A DNA stretch of 32,000 nt. Source: Verrucomicrobiota bacterium. GTDB lineage: Bacteria > Verrucomicrobiota > Verrucomicrobiia > Opitutales > LL51. Each line of letters begins with the position of its first letter. The stretch's first letter is position 1. This document shows, piece by piece, positions 21,052 to 29,267 of this stretch. The stretch lies in the NCBI GenBank assembly GCA_021294815.2, contig CP095464.1, positions 300,001-332,000 on the forward strand, given 5' to 3'. The translations under genes and the position numbers were made by a program. A model generated the notes under the pieces. That model was not told the origin of the DNA. It searched no databases and saw nothing but the letters and a program-made list of their open reading frames with translations.

Positions 21052-21639
21052 TTAAAACAAACGCCCCTTATTGGCTTTGGCAACGCTTATCGAATATCCC
21101 AACATACGGTTCGCTTTTTCGACCTGCCCCGCCTGGAGACTTTCACGGATCGCCGAGCTACTGACGCGTTGTCCATCCATCATGATAAATGACTGAATAT
21201 GGACCGTCATCTCCACTGCATTTTGCCGCAAAGCGTAGGCACTACCATAATTACCTGCACCAAAGTGAAAATCCTCTCCAACAGAAACTCCACAGATCTT
21301 GGGGAATTTTTTTCTTAATAATGCAAGAAACTGATCTGCCGGCGTCTGACTAAAAGCCATATCGAACTGCTGCTCGATCAAAAAATCGACCCCAGTGAGC
21401 ATAATGCGCTCCTTTTTTTGTTCCGGCGTCAAAATCATCGTTTTCGGTCGGCCAACAATGACGGACGGATGCGGTGTAAACGTATAAACAGCTGAATGCG
21501 CCCCCAATTCCTCGGCAACATTCTTGGCGGCTCGGATGACCGCCTGATGCCCCAGGTGGATCCCATCAAATGCACCAATCGCCAGTACGATGGGTTCATC
21601 GATGACCCGTTCATCGCCTGCTGTCCGCAAATGCCGCAT
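21052..21639 (-). CDS. ribF: FMN adenylyltransferase (FAD synthetase) domain only; RibF lacking the riboflavin kinase domain
   Basis: 195-aa ORF with FMNAT motifs GAFDGIHLGHQ and VSSSAIR. It ends at ...MLGYSISVAKANKGRLF, where the riboflavin kinase domain normally begins. The stop is 4 nt before the helicase ATG. It has the conserved truB-ribF adjacency, with a TAATG overlap. Confidence 0.85.
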   Translation of the reverse strand: MRHLRTAGDERVIDEPIVLAIGAFDGIHLGHQAVIRAAKNVAEELGAHSAVYTFTPHPSVIVGRPKTMILTPEQKKERIMLTGVDFLIEQQFDMAFSQTPADQFLALLRKKFPKICGVSVGEDFHFGAGNYGSAYALRQNAVEMTVHIQSFIMMDGQRVSSSAIRESLQAGQVEKANRMLGYSISVAKANKGRLF

Positions 21640-22325
21640 TACAAAATATCCGTAATCGGCAAAAGCAGTGGCTCAATCGATATTCGGTCGAGTTCCAATA
21701 GTTCCGTGAGCGACGTTGCCTGATCAATCGAAAAATTTCCCGTCTGCGTCCGCCGTAACTGCAAAAGGTACGCGCCGCAACCGAGTTTTTTCCCGAAATC
21801 ATGCGCTAAAGTCCGTACATAAGTGCCTTTCGAACAGAGGATATCAAATGCAACATGCGGCAACGCAATTTTGGTAATCTCAAATTCATCAATGCGAACG
21901 GAACAGGGCTTACGCTCAACTTCATGTCCTTGTCGCGCTAGTAAATAAAGCGGTTTTCCATGACACTTCTTAGCGGAAAACATCGGCGGTAATTGTTGCT
22001 GCTCCCCTAAAAACGTTTCTGCTGTAGCCGTGATGGCCTCATCCGTAACATCGACCTCGCGTGTCTCAATGACCTCCCCCTCAGCATCATAAGTATCCGT
22101 TGTAACACCTAAACAAAACGTCCCCGTGTAGCGTTTATCCTGGTTGGTCACGTATTGCGAAATTTTGGTCGCATTCCCTACCAGTAAAATTAGAAGGCCC
22201 GTCGCGAGGGGATCCAACGTCCCGGCATGGCCAATTTTTTTAACGCCAAGATGGTGGCGCATTTTTGCTACAACATCATGTGACGTCCAGCCTTCCGGTT
22301 TGTCGACAAGTAAAATGCCATTCAT
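21639..22325 (-). CDS. truB: tRNA pseudouridine(55) synthase
   Basis: 228-aa ORF with the N-terminus [17 protein letters not shown] and the catalytic-Asp block [14 protein letters not shown]. It shares an ATGA overlap with the upstream gene. Confidence 0.95.
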   Translation of the reverse strand: MNGILLVDKPEGWTSHDVVAKMRHHLGVKKIGHAGTLDPLATGLLILLVGNATKISQYVTNQDKRYTGTFCLGVTTDTYDAEGEVIETREVDVTDEAITATAETFLGEQQQLPPMFSAKKCHGKPLYLLARQGHEVERKPCSVRIDEFEITKIALPHVAFDILCSKGTYVRTLAHDFGKKLGCGAYLLQLRRTQTGNFSIDQATSLTELLELDRISIEPLLLPITDIL

Positions 22326-23320
22326 GCGCCGCTCTTAGAGAACAATTCCAAGTGCCGTTGCAACGCATTTATAAAAACTTTTTCGAAGTCATCATACGTG
22401 CTATTCACTGTAAAGGCCGCCGCACAAGCATGTCCGCCCCCATGAAATTCTCCTGCTAAGATGTCTAACCGCAATTCGGGCTCATCGGTTCGAAGACTAA
22501 AACGCGTCCTCCCCTCGCGCGTATAAGCAATGATCGCAATCCGCACTCCCGCAATAGAACGGGGGTAATTGACAAACCCTTCGGTATCATCGGCCGTCGT
22601 TCCCGTCGCACAGTAATCCTCCTCGGTGATGTTACCGGTACACACCGTTCCATCGAGATAAAAGCGCATCGATGCTAAGAAACGCTGCAGCAGTGCGAAC
22701 TTTGCTCGTGGCTCATTCTGGTAAATACGAACAAAAATTTCATGCGGATCCGCGCCCGCAGACGCCAATCGCGACGCAAGATAAAGTGTGAGCGCTGTCG
22801 TCGAAGCGTAGCTGAACTTTCCCGTATCGGTGACAATGCCGACATAAAGCGCTTGGGCCACACGTGGAGGCAATTCCCAATGCTGCTGGTCACAAAAATC
22901 GGCTAAAATCTCGCACGTCGCCGATGCTTCGGGGAACAGAAAATTTTCTTTTGCAAAAGCCTCTCCCGAAATATGGTGATCCACCGATAGCACAACAGAA
23001 CGTATCTTTTTGGCGAAATCTCCGCCGCGCGACTTCGCACCGCAGTCCACAAAAACATACGCGTCCGCACACATATCTTCAGGACGCATAAACGTTAGAT
23101 CTTCTGTAAGCCAGCGGAGATTTTCGGCAATATAATCATCCGATAGACCCAATAATGGGACAGCGCCACAACCTTCCAACACCTCATGCAATAAAATCTG
23201 GGCACCAAGACAATCGCCGTCAGGTCTGAGGTGGCCTAAAATCCCAACACGTTTATTTTTTAAAGCACGACAGGCCTCGAAAAAGCGTGCCGCGCCCTCA
23301 AATCTCTCTGTTTCTATCAT
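22322..23320 (-). CDS. DHH/DHHA1-family phosphoesterase (NrnA-like oligoribonuclease/pAp phosphatase)
   Basis: DHH-family motifs are present: [20 protein letters not shown], and GGGH in the DHHA1 domain. I place the start at ATG 23320, which forms an ATGA overlap with the tal stop. The ORF-track start at 23362 lies inside tal. Confidence 0.85.
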   Translation of the reverse strand: MIETERFEGAARFFEACRALKNKRVGILGHLRPDGDCLGAQILLHEVLEGCGAVPLLGLSDDYIAENLRWLTEDLTFMRPEDMCADAYVFVDCGAKSRGGDFAKKIRSVVLSVDHHISGEAFAKENFLFPEASATCEILADFCDQQHWELPPRVAQALYVGIVTDTGKFSYASTTALTLYLASRLASAGADPHEIFVRIYQNEPRAKFALLQRFLASMRFYLDGTVCTGNITEEDYCATGTTADDTEGFVNYPRSIAGVRIAIIAYTREGRTRFSLRTDEPELRLDILAGEFHGGGHACAAAFTVNSTYDDFEKVFINALQRHLELFSKSGA

Positions 23321-24225
23321 GCCTTTGCAACGAGGTCCTCCAGCGTCCGAATATCCGTACAAAACTTCCGAATCCCCTCCGATAACTTTTCCGTCGCCAT
23401 CGCATTTTCATTCATACGCAGGCGGAATTCGCTTTCCGTGAGGTGGATTTTCGATAGCGCACCCGTGTTTTTTGAAATATCCGACAGATTTCCCTCCATC
23501 TGCGACAACTCTTGTAAAAATTTCGGGCTAATCGTCAACAAATCACACCCGGACAAAGCGGTAATTTCATCGATATTACGGAAACTAGCCGCCATCACCT
23601 CCGTCTTGTAACCAAAATGCTTGTAGTATTGATAAATCTGCCGAACGGAAGCAACCCCAGGATCCTCTTTTTGATCGGGATCGTGCAACTGGTACCAATC
23701 TAAAATCCGTCCAACAAAGGGCGAAATCAGCGTTACTCCGGCCTCTGCGCATGCTACGGCTTGTTCGAGAGCAAAAATCAACGTCATGTTACAGTGGATT
23801 CCCTGTTGCTCCAGTATTTCCGCTGCCCGGATACCTTCCCAAGTTGCAGCGATTTTAATCAAGACACGTGATCGATCGATGCCGTGTTGCTCGTAAAGTT
23901 CCATTAAATGTTGTGCGCGCGCAACCGTTGCCTCTGTATCAAAAGATAAATGCGCATCGACCTCCGTTGAAACTCGTCCGGGGATAATCTCTAAAATCTC
24001 GCCACCAATCGTGACCAATAATTCATCAACCGCCCTTAAAACACGCGGATCATTTCGAGCAACAGATCCGATATGTTTGAGTAACTCCGGTCGCGATAAA
24101 ACAGATTTTAAAATAATTGAAGGATTGGTTGTCGCATCACGCGGCTGAAACTGGCGGATCGCGTCGAGATCTCCAGTATCGGCAACCACAATCGATCGTT
24201 GGCGCAACGCTTCTAGTAAGCTCAT
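23317..24225 (-). CDS. tal: Transaldolase
   Basis: 302-aa ORF with ADTGD...ATTNPS and the Schiff-base lysine block [15 protein letters not shown]. Confidence 0.93.
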   Translation of the reverse strand: MSLLEALRQRSIVVADTGDLDAIRQFQPRDATTNPSIILKSVLSRPELLKHIGSVARNDPRVLRAVDELLVTIGGEILEIIPGRVSTEVDAHLSFDTEATVARAQHLMELYEQHGIDRSRVLIKIAATWEGIRAAEILEQQGIHCNMTLIFALEQAVACAEAGVTLISPFVGRILDWYQLHDPDQKEDPGVASVRQIYQYYKHFGYKTEVMAASFRNIDEITALSGCDLLTISPKFLQELSQMEGNLSDISKNTGALSKIHLTESEFRLRMNENAMATEKLSEGIRKFCTDIRTLEDLVAKA

Positions 24226-24261
24226 AGATTTTTCTTAAAGCACACGGGGCGAAAGACAAAC

Positions 24262-24293
24262 ACGAAAAATCCGGAGGTCTTGCGAACTCCGGA
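24262..24293 (-). terminator. Rho-independent terminator after tsf
   Basis: The minus-sense RNA reads UCCGGAG-(10-nt loop)-CUCCGGA, a 7-bp GC-rich stem, followed by UUUUUCGUGUUUG. It begins 22 nt after the tsf stop. Confidence 0.7.
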
Positions 24294-24315
24294 CAAAATG
24301 TTTTTCAATTGCTTG

Positions 24316-24906
24316 CTACTCGCCAATCTGAAAACGCGTAAAGCGACCGACCTGGATATTTTCTCCAATGACCGCAACCAACGAAGCAATCGTCTCTTGA
24401 ACGGTTTTGTCTTGGTCTTTAATGAAGGGTTGCTCCAGTAAACAAACCTGTTGAAACCACTTATCCAATTTTCCTTCGACGATGCGATCGATCGCATTCT
24501 GCGGTTTACCCGCTGCTTGTGCCGCTGCAATTTCACGTTCTTTGTCGAGAATCTCTGACGGTACTTCTTCGCGGCTTACATATAACGGACTCGAAGCCGC
24601 AATGTGCATGCAAATATCCTTTGCGAGGCTCTGGAACTCAGAATTCTTGGCGACAAAATCCGTCTCACAGCGGAGCTCTAATAAAACACCGATACGACCT
24701 CCTGCATGAATATAAGACTCGATAATTCCTTCAGTTGCTTCACGACCTGCCTTTTTAGCCGCTGTCGCAATGCCCTTTTTCTTGAGAATCGTTACCGCCT
24801 CCTCAAAGTCACCGTTCGCTTCAACAAGCGCCTGTTTGCAATCTACAAAACCTGCGCCAGTACTAGAACGCAAGTCACTCACCATCTTTGCCGTTACTTC
24901 TACCAT
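24316..24906 (-). CDS. tsf: Elongation factor Ts (short form)
   Basis: 196-aa ORF with the N-terminal UBA-like EF-Ts signature (AKMVSDLRSSTGAGFVDCKQAL). It lies immediately downstream of rpsB. Confidence 0.95.
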   Translation of the reverse strand: MVEVTAKMVSDLRSSTGAGFVDCKQALVEANGDFEEAVTILKKKGIATAAKKAGREATEGIIESYIHAGGRIGVLLELRCETDFVAKNSEFQSLAKDICMHIAASSPLYVSREEVPSEILDKEREIAAAQAAGKPQNAIDRIVEGKLDKWFQQVCLLEQPFIKDQDKTVQETIASLVAVIGENIQVGRFTRFQIGE

Positions 24907-24921
24907 TTTTGAACTCTTTGA

Positions 24922-25746
24922 TTATTTTTCTACTTCCTTTGCGGCTTCCGGCTCCTCGATCTTTTCCGCCGCACGCGCTAAGCTGGCATCCATCGATACG
25001 TTGCCCGGTGATGTCTCTTCCGATACGATTTTTTTCCGCTTCTTTGCTTCTGATTGCTTACTCTCATAGGTAGATTGGCCTGCGCGAATCGCCTCCGCAA
25101 TGGTGTCGAGAATAAGCCGAATCGATTTAACCGAATCGTCGTTTGAAGGGATCACATGCGTGACCATCGACGGATCAGAATTGGTATCGACCATCGCGAT
25201 AACAGGAATATTCAGGCGGTGCGCCTCCGCTACCGCGATATCCTCATAATTGACATCGACCACAAAGAGCGCATCAGGTAACTCGTTTACATCGAGCATA
25301 CCTTCGAAACCGCGGTGCATCCGTACCATTTGATGTCGGATTACAGATGCCTCTTTTTTTAACATTGTCGCTAACGTTCCATCGGCTTCCATCGCTAAAA
25401 ATCGACGATATTTATTGAGACTCCGACGAACGGTTTCGAAATTCGTCAGACATCCACCAAGCCAGCGATTCACACAAAACGGCATTTCTAACGATGTCGC
25501 AATTTCGCGTACAACCTCTTGCGCCTGCTTTTTTGTTGCGACGAATAAAACCTTTTGCCCCTTGCTTGCTAAGGTCTCGAGAAACGCACACGCCTCGCCG
25601 AGTAATTTATGTGTCTTTTCGAGGTCAATAATCGAAATACCCCCGCGATGGTCATAAATAAAGTTCTTTGACTTCGAATTCCACCGCCGCTTCTGGTGCC
25701 CTAAATGGACCCCCGCCTCGAATAAATCATTAATCGTAACGTTCAT
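24922..25746 (-). CDS. rpsB: 30S ribosomal protein S2
   Basis: 274-aa ORF of S2-family sequence (LFEAGVHLGHQKRRWN) with a charged C-terminal tail. It shows the conserved rpsB-tsf pairing. Confidence 0.96.
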   Translation of the reverse strand: MNVTINDLFEAGVHLGHQKRRWNSKSKNFIYDHRGGISIIDLEKTHKLLGEACAFLETLASKGQKVLFVATKKQAQEVVREIATSLEMPFCVNRWLGGCLTNFETVRRSLNKYRRFLAMEADGTLATMLKKEASVIRHQMVRMHRGFEGMLDVNELPDALFVVDVNYEDIAVAEAHRLNIPVIAMVDTNSDPSMVTHVIPSNDDSVKSIRLILDTIAEAIRAGQSTYESKQSEAKKRKKIVSEETSPGNVSMDASLARAAEKIEEPEAAKEVEK

Positions 25747-25804
25747 ATTCTAAAAAAACTCCGTACCCCCGACGCCTTTGAGCGCCCACGGCCTAGGATA
25801 ATGT

Positions 25805-26707
25805 TTAACTGTGAAGGGGGACTTTTTCGATTTTTACGACGTCGTCAAGTGATTTTAAAATCTTTTCGTGGACCATCTGTATTTGTTCCGATGGCGTCGA
25901 AGCGCCCGCAGCAATGCCAATATTTTTGTACAAATTCCAACGGATACCCTCAATTTCATCCGGCGACTCGACCCACCACAGCTGTGCGACATGATGCTGA
26001 AGATTTTCAAATAAACGTCGCGTATTGGCTGAATGTCGACCACCAATTACAACCGCCGCATCGCAGGCATAGAGCGACTGCAACCCTTGTTGGCGCAATT
26101 TTGTCGCTGGACAGATGGTGTTTACGATTTCGATATCCGTGGATTTTTGACGACATAGTAACGCTGCTTCCCCGAATAACTGTGGATCAAACGTCGATTG
26201 ACAGAGCAAAGCATAGCGTTGCCCTTCCTTTAAATCGATAGCCGATAATGTTTGGATATCGCTACAAACCGTGATGTTTTTAGCGAAACTTGTCACACCG
26301 ATCACCTCAGCATGATTCGGGTCGCCGAGAAAAAGAATGTGATGGTCCGGGCGTGCGACAATTTCATGGACGATGTTTTGGACAAATGGACAGGTCGCAT
26401 CGACGATTTGACAGCCTAAATGACACAGTTGTTCTCGGCGTTTCTGTGTAATGCCATGCGCCCGAATCACAACAACGTCGTCCGCATGGAGTTCGCCACA
26501 TATCTGCGGTAACACTTGAACACCTTGTCGAAAAAGATCTTCATTGACGGCTGTGTTATGGACCAACTCGCCCTCCAGAAAGATGCGTTTTTTAGGGATT
26601 TTGTGTAAGAGAGCCTGCACTTTGGCAATAGCGGCATGCACACCGGCACAAAATCCCGAATGAGGTGCAACGATTATACGTGGTGTCTTATCCATTCCAA
26701 TCGTCAT
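25805..26707 (-). CDS. ispH: 4-hydroxy-3-methylbut-2-enyl diphosphate reductase
   Basis: 300-aa ORF with IspH/LytB blocks GFCAGV, RAHGI, DATCPFV, NTICPATKLRQ and GGRHSANTRRL. Its 5' end overlaps the fabD 3' end (20 nt from ATG 26707; alternative ATG at 26695). Confidence 0.93.
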   Translation of the reverse strand: MTIGMDKTPRIIVAPHSGFCAGVHAAIAKVQALLHKIPKKRIFLEGELVHNTAVNEDLFRQGVQVLPQICGELHADDVVVIRAHGITQKRREQLCHLGCQIVDATCPFVQNIVHEIVARPDHHILFLGDPNHAEVIGVTSFAKNITVCSDIQTLSAIDLKEGQRYALLCQSTFDPQLFGEAALLCRQKSTDIEIVNTICPATKLRQQGLQSLYACDAAVVIGGRHSANTRRLFENLQHHVAQLWWVESPDEIEGIRWNLYKNIGIAAGASTPSEQIQMVHEKILKSLDDVVKIEKVPLHS

Positions 26708-27596
26708 AATCCCCGAAGGGCCGAACGATTAAATTCGGATCGATTCGCTTTGCCATGCCGATCAATGTCTTGCCGGGACCACATTGATAGAACTCTAAAA
26801 CGCCTAGAGAAGCCGCGGTCTGCATGCATTGCCACCACAACACGGGCGATACAATCTGTTGGACCAGTAGGGATTTTATATGTGACACGTCCTCAATAAC
26901 CTGCCCTGTTACATTACTGATCACGGGCCATTGCATGGGATTAAATTCTAGCGGCTCGAGAAATTCCTTAAAGGGCGGACACGCAGATGCCATCAGCGAA
27001 CTATGGAATGCTCCTGCAACGTTAAGAGGAATCGCACGTCCTCCGGTTAACTCGGATGCTCGTAAAACGGCAGTATCCACACGGTCTTTTTCGCCGGAAA
27101 TCACAATCTGTCCGGGGCAATTGACATTGGACATTTCAACACCGGTGGCTTGGCAAAGTGCCTGAACTTGGTCGACCGATACTCCCAAGATGGAGGCCAT
27201 GCCGCCACATGTGCGTTCACACGCCTCTTGGATGAGCGCTCCACGTTTTTGTGCGATACAGACACCGGTCGCGAAATCGTAGACGCCCGCTACGGCAAGT
27301 GCCACGAGCGAACCAATACTCAGTCCCGCAGAACCGGCAACCGTTGTGTCTTGGAGTAGTAACTGGAGGACCTTAGCAGCCACGAAACCGTGCACAAAGA
27401 GTGCGGGCTGACAGTAACGGCTATCCGTCAATTGTTCGAGTGGACCATCTGCACAAAGTTTTTCGAGATCATAGCCCAAAATCGTGCTCGCTTCGGCATA
27501 GCGTTCACGAACCCACGGGTCATGTTCACAGAGCGATTGCCCCATCCCGATACACTGCGTTCCCTGGCCAGGGAACAGTAAACCGATCTTTCGCAT
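26688..27596 (-). CDS. fabD: Malonyl-CoA:ACP transacylase
   Basis: 302-aa ORF with FPGQGTQ, the nucleophile-elbow block AGLSIGSL (canonical GHSLGE), KRG and GAFHS. Confidence 0.88.
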   Translation of the reverse strand: MRKIGLLFPGQGTQCIGMGQSLCEHDPWVRERYAEASTILGYDLEKLCADGPLEQLTDSRYCQPALFVHGFVAAKVLQLLLQDTTVAGSAGLSIGSLVALAVAGVYDFATGVCIAQKRGALIQEACERTCGGMASILGVSVDQVQALCQATGVEMSNVNCPGQIVISGEKDRVDTAVLRASELTGGRAIPLNVAGAFHSSLMASACPPFKEFLEPLEFNPMQWPVISNVTGQVIEDVSHIKSLLVQQIVSPVLWWQCMQTAASLGVLEFYQCGPGKTLIGMAKRIDPNLIVRPFGDYDDWNG

Positions 27597-27634
27597 GAAT
27601 TATGCGTAACCAAAATCGACTGGCGCGTCCACCA

Positions 27635-27666
27635 TAAAAAAGAGGCGCCCCGAAGAGCACCCCTCT
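27635..27666 (-). terminator. Rho-independent terminator after rpsI
   Basis: The minus-sense RNA reads AGAGGGGUGCUC-UUCG-GGGCGCCUCUUU. This forms a stem of up to 12 bp capped by a UUCG tetraloop, running into a U tract (UCUUUUUUA). It begins 30 nt after the rpsI stop. Confidence 0.75.
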
Positions 27667-27696
27667 GCACCATGAAAAAGATTCTTATGGAAATTC

Positions 27697-28092
27697 CTAG
27701 CGCTTCGAGAACTGGAAACGTTTGCGCGCCCCCGGCTGTCCCGGTTTCTTACGCTCTTTTTTACGACCATCTCGTGTTAAGTGACCTGCTTTCTTTAGGG
27801 AAGAACGGAAGTTGAGGTCCATCACACAAAGCGCACGCGCAACACCAAGACGAATCGCGCCCGCTTGGCCTAAAACACCACCCCCAAAGACATTGACACG
27901 AATATCAACCTTCCCCGCCATACTGGCCGTATGGAGTGGAGAGAGTGCAATCTTCTGAACTTCGTCTTGGGCACAGTAATCACTAAATTCTTTCTCGTTA
28001 ATGGAAATTCGACCCGTTCCCGGTGAAAGACGTACACGTGCAACGGCCGTCTTCCGACGTCCTGTTCCTAAAAACTCTACAATCTGCTCCAT
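27697..28092 (-). CDS. rpsI: 30S ribosomal protein S9
   Basis: 131-aa ORF of S9-family sequence ending in the characteristic basic tail ...RKRFQFSKR. It starts 2 nt after rplM. Confidence 0.96.
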   Translation of the reverse strand: MEQIVEFLGTGRRKTAVARVRLSPGTGRISINEKEFSDYCAQDEVQKIALSPLHTASMAGKVDIRVNVFGGGVLGQAGAIRLGVARALCVMDLNFRSSLKKAGHLTRDGRKKERKKPGQPGARKRFQFSKR

Positions 28093-28094
28093 GG

Positions 28095-28529
28095 TTATTC
28101 GATGATCATTGGCTTGGGTTGCTGAGCCGCATGCGGATGCTCGGATCCCGCATAAACTTTTAACTTACGTATCATAGCACGTGCAAGACGATTCCGCTGT
28201 AGCATACCTTTAACCGCATGCTCGATAATAAATTCGGGACGATGCGCACGCATCTTTTCGACACTCTCATAGCGTTCATTACCGAGATACTGCGAGTAAA
28301 ACATATATTGTTTTTGCGTCTCTTTTTTACCCGTTAGCTTGACTTTGTCGGCATTGACAACAACGACGAAATCGCCCGTATCGACATGCGGCGTAAAGGT
28401 GGGCTTATCTTTACCGCGTAGGGCATCCGCAACCTTTACCGCGAGCTTACCGAGTACGACCCCAGACGCATCGACGATTCTCCATGCGCGTTGCTGTACT
28501 GCTTCATTTTGGACCAAAGTCGTTTTCAT
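28095..28529 (-). CDS. rplM: 50S ribosomal protein L13
   Basis: L13-family sequence from ATG 28529 (MKTTLVQNEAVQQRAWRIVDASGVVLGKLA...), 144 aa. The ORF-track form extending to 28772 adds 81 non-L13 residues and overlaps the opposite-strand acetyltransferase gene. Confidence 0.95.
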   Translation of the reverse strand: MKTTLVQNEAVQQRAWRIVDASGVVLGKLAVKVADALRGKDKPTFTPHVDTGDFVVVVNADKVKLTGKKETQKQYMFYSQYLGNERYESVEKMRAHRPEFIIEHAVKGMLQRNRLARAMIRKLKVYAGSEHPHAAQQPKPMIIE

Positions 28530-28546
28530 TCGTGATGAACGCCGCC

Positions 28547-28574
28547 AACCTAGGTCGATCGCACCGCTTGTCAA
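28547..28574 (-). promoter_or_regulatory. Candidate sigma70-type promoter for rplM-rpsI
   Basis: On the minus strand: TTGACA (28574..28569), a 16-nt spacer, then TAGGTT (28552..28547). It ends about 18 nt upstream of the rplM ATG. This is sequence pattern only. Confidence 0.4.
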
Positions 28575-28628
28575 ACCTTTTCCCGAAAAAATCCTTGCGA
28601 AAATAATCCGCTTTTTCGTACTCGCCCC

Positions 28629-29267
28629 ATGCCGGATTCGACTCAGATTTACCCTATTCCCAACGTACACAATGTCGTTCACGTCCAACCGACGATTCGG
28701 AATCCCAAAATTATTGTTGGAGATTTTACGTATTTTAGCGACCCGGATTTCGAGCAACACGTCACACACCACTACGACTTTTCAACTGATCGACTAATTA
28801 TCGGAAAATTCTGCCAACTTGGCCAAGGAATTGAGTTTGTGATGAACAGTGCGAACCACCAGATGAACGCTGTTTCGACATTTCCCTTTTTTATTTTTCC
28901 GGAATGGGAACAACAACCGCCTGCACCCGATAACTTTCCCTACAAAGGTGATACAATTGTGGGTAATGATGTTTGGATTGGGCAAAATGTTACGATTCTA
29001 CCAGGTGTTCATATTGGGGATGGTGCGATTATTGGTCTCAACAGCACGGTAACACGCCATGTACCACCTTATACCATTGTCGGCGGAAATCCCGCACGGG
29101 AGATTCGGAAGCGCTTTGACGATGAACTGATTCAACTATTACTGGAATATCGTTGGTGGGATTTACCGGTTAAAGAAATTAAAAAAATCGCTCCTCAGTT
29201 ATCCAATCCCGATCTCGATACGATGAAGCAGTTTTTAAAAAACGCACTGCATAAACGTAACGCCTAA
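28629..29267 (+). CDS. Xenobiotic acetyltransferase (XAT) family hexapeptide-repeat enzyme, Vat (streptogramin A O-acetyltransferase)-like
   Basis: 212-aa ORF. The blocks IGKFCQLGQGIEFVMNSANHQMNAVSTFPF, KGDTIVGNDVWIGQNVTILPGVHIGDGAIIG, PYTIVGGNPAREIRKRFDDELI and LLEYRWWDLP match my recollection of Vat/XAT proteins, including the active-site His in NSANH. Confidence 0.85.
   Translation: MPDSTQIYPIPNVHNVVHVQPTIRNPKIIVGDFTYFSDPDFEQHVTHHYDFSTDRLIIGKFCQLGQGIEFVMNSANHQMNAVSTFPFFIFPEWEQQPPAPDNFPYKGDTIVGNDVWIGQNVTILPGVHIGDGAIIGLNSTVTRHVPPYTIVGGNPAREIRKRFDDELIQLLLEYRWWDLPVKEIKKIAPQLSNPDLDTMKQFLKNALHKRNA

Noticed and set aside
21040-21090. A frameshifted or remnant riboflavin kinase domain after the ribF stop
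   Set aside because: The sequence immediately downstream encodes an intact helicase N-terminus, with Walker A about 30 codons in. No kinase-like remnant fits in any frame, so this is a clean truncation rather than a visible frameshift.
24222-24536. 104-aa minus-strand ORF overlapping the tsf 3' half and the tsf terminator
   Set aside because: It is an alternative frame of tsf, Arg/Lys/Ser-rich, and runs through the terminator hairpin. It is most likely spurious.
28530-28772. 81-codon N-terminal extension of the rplM ORF in the track (total 225 aa)
   Set aside because: L13 homology begins at the internal ATG 28529. The extension overlaps the well-supported Vat-like gene on the other strand and contains the candidate rplM promoter.
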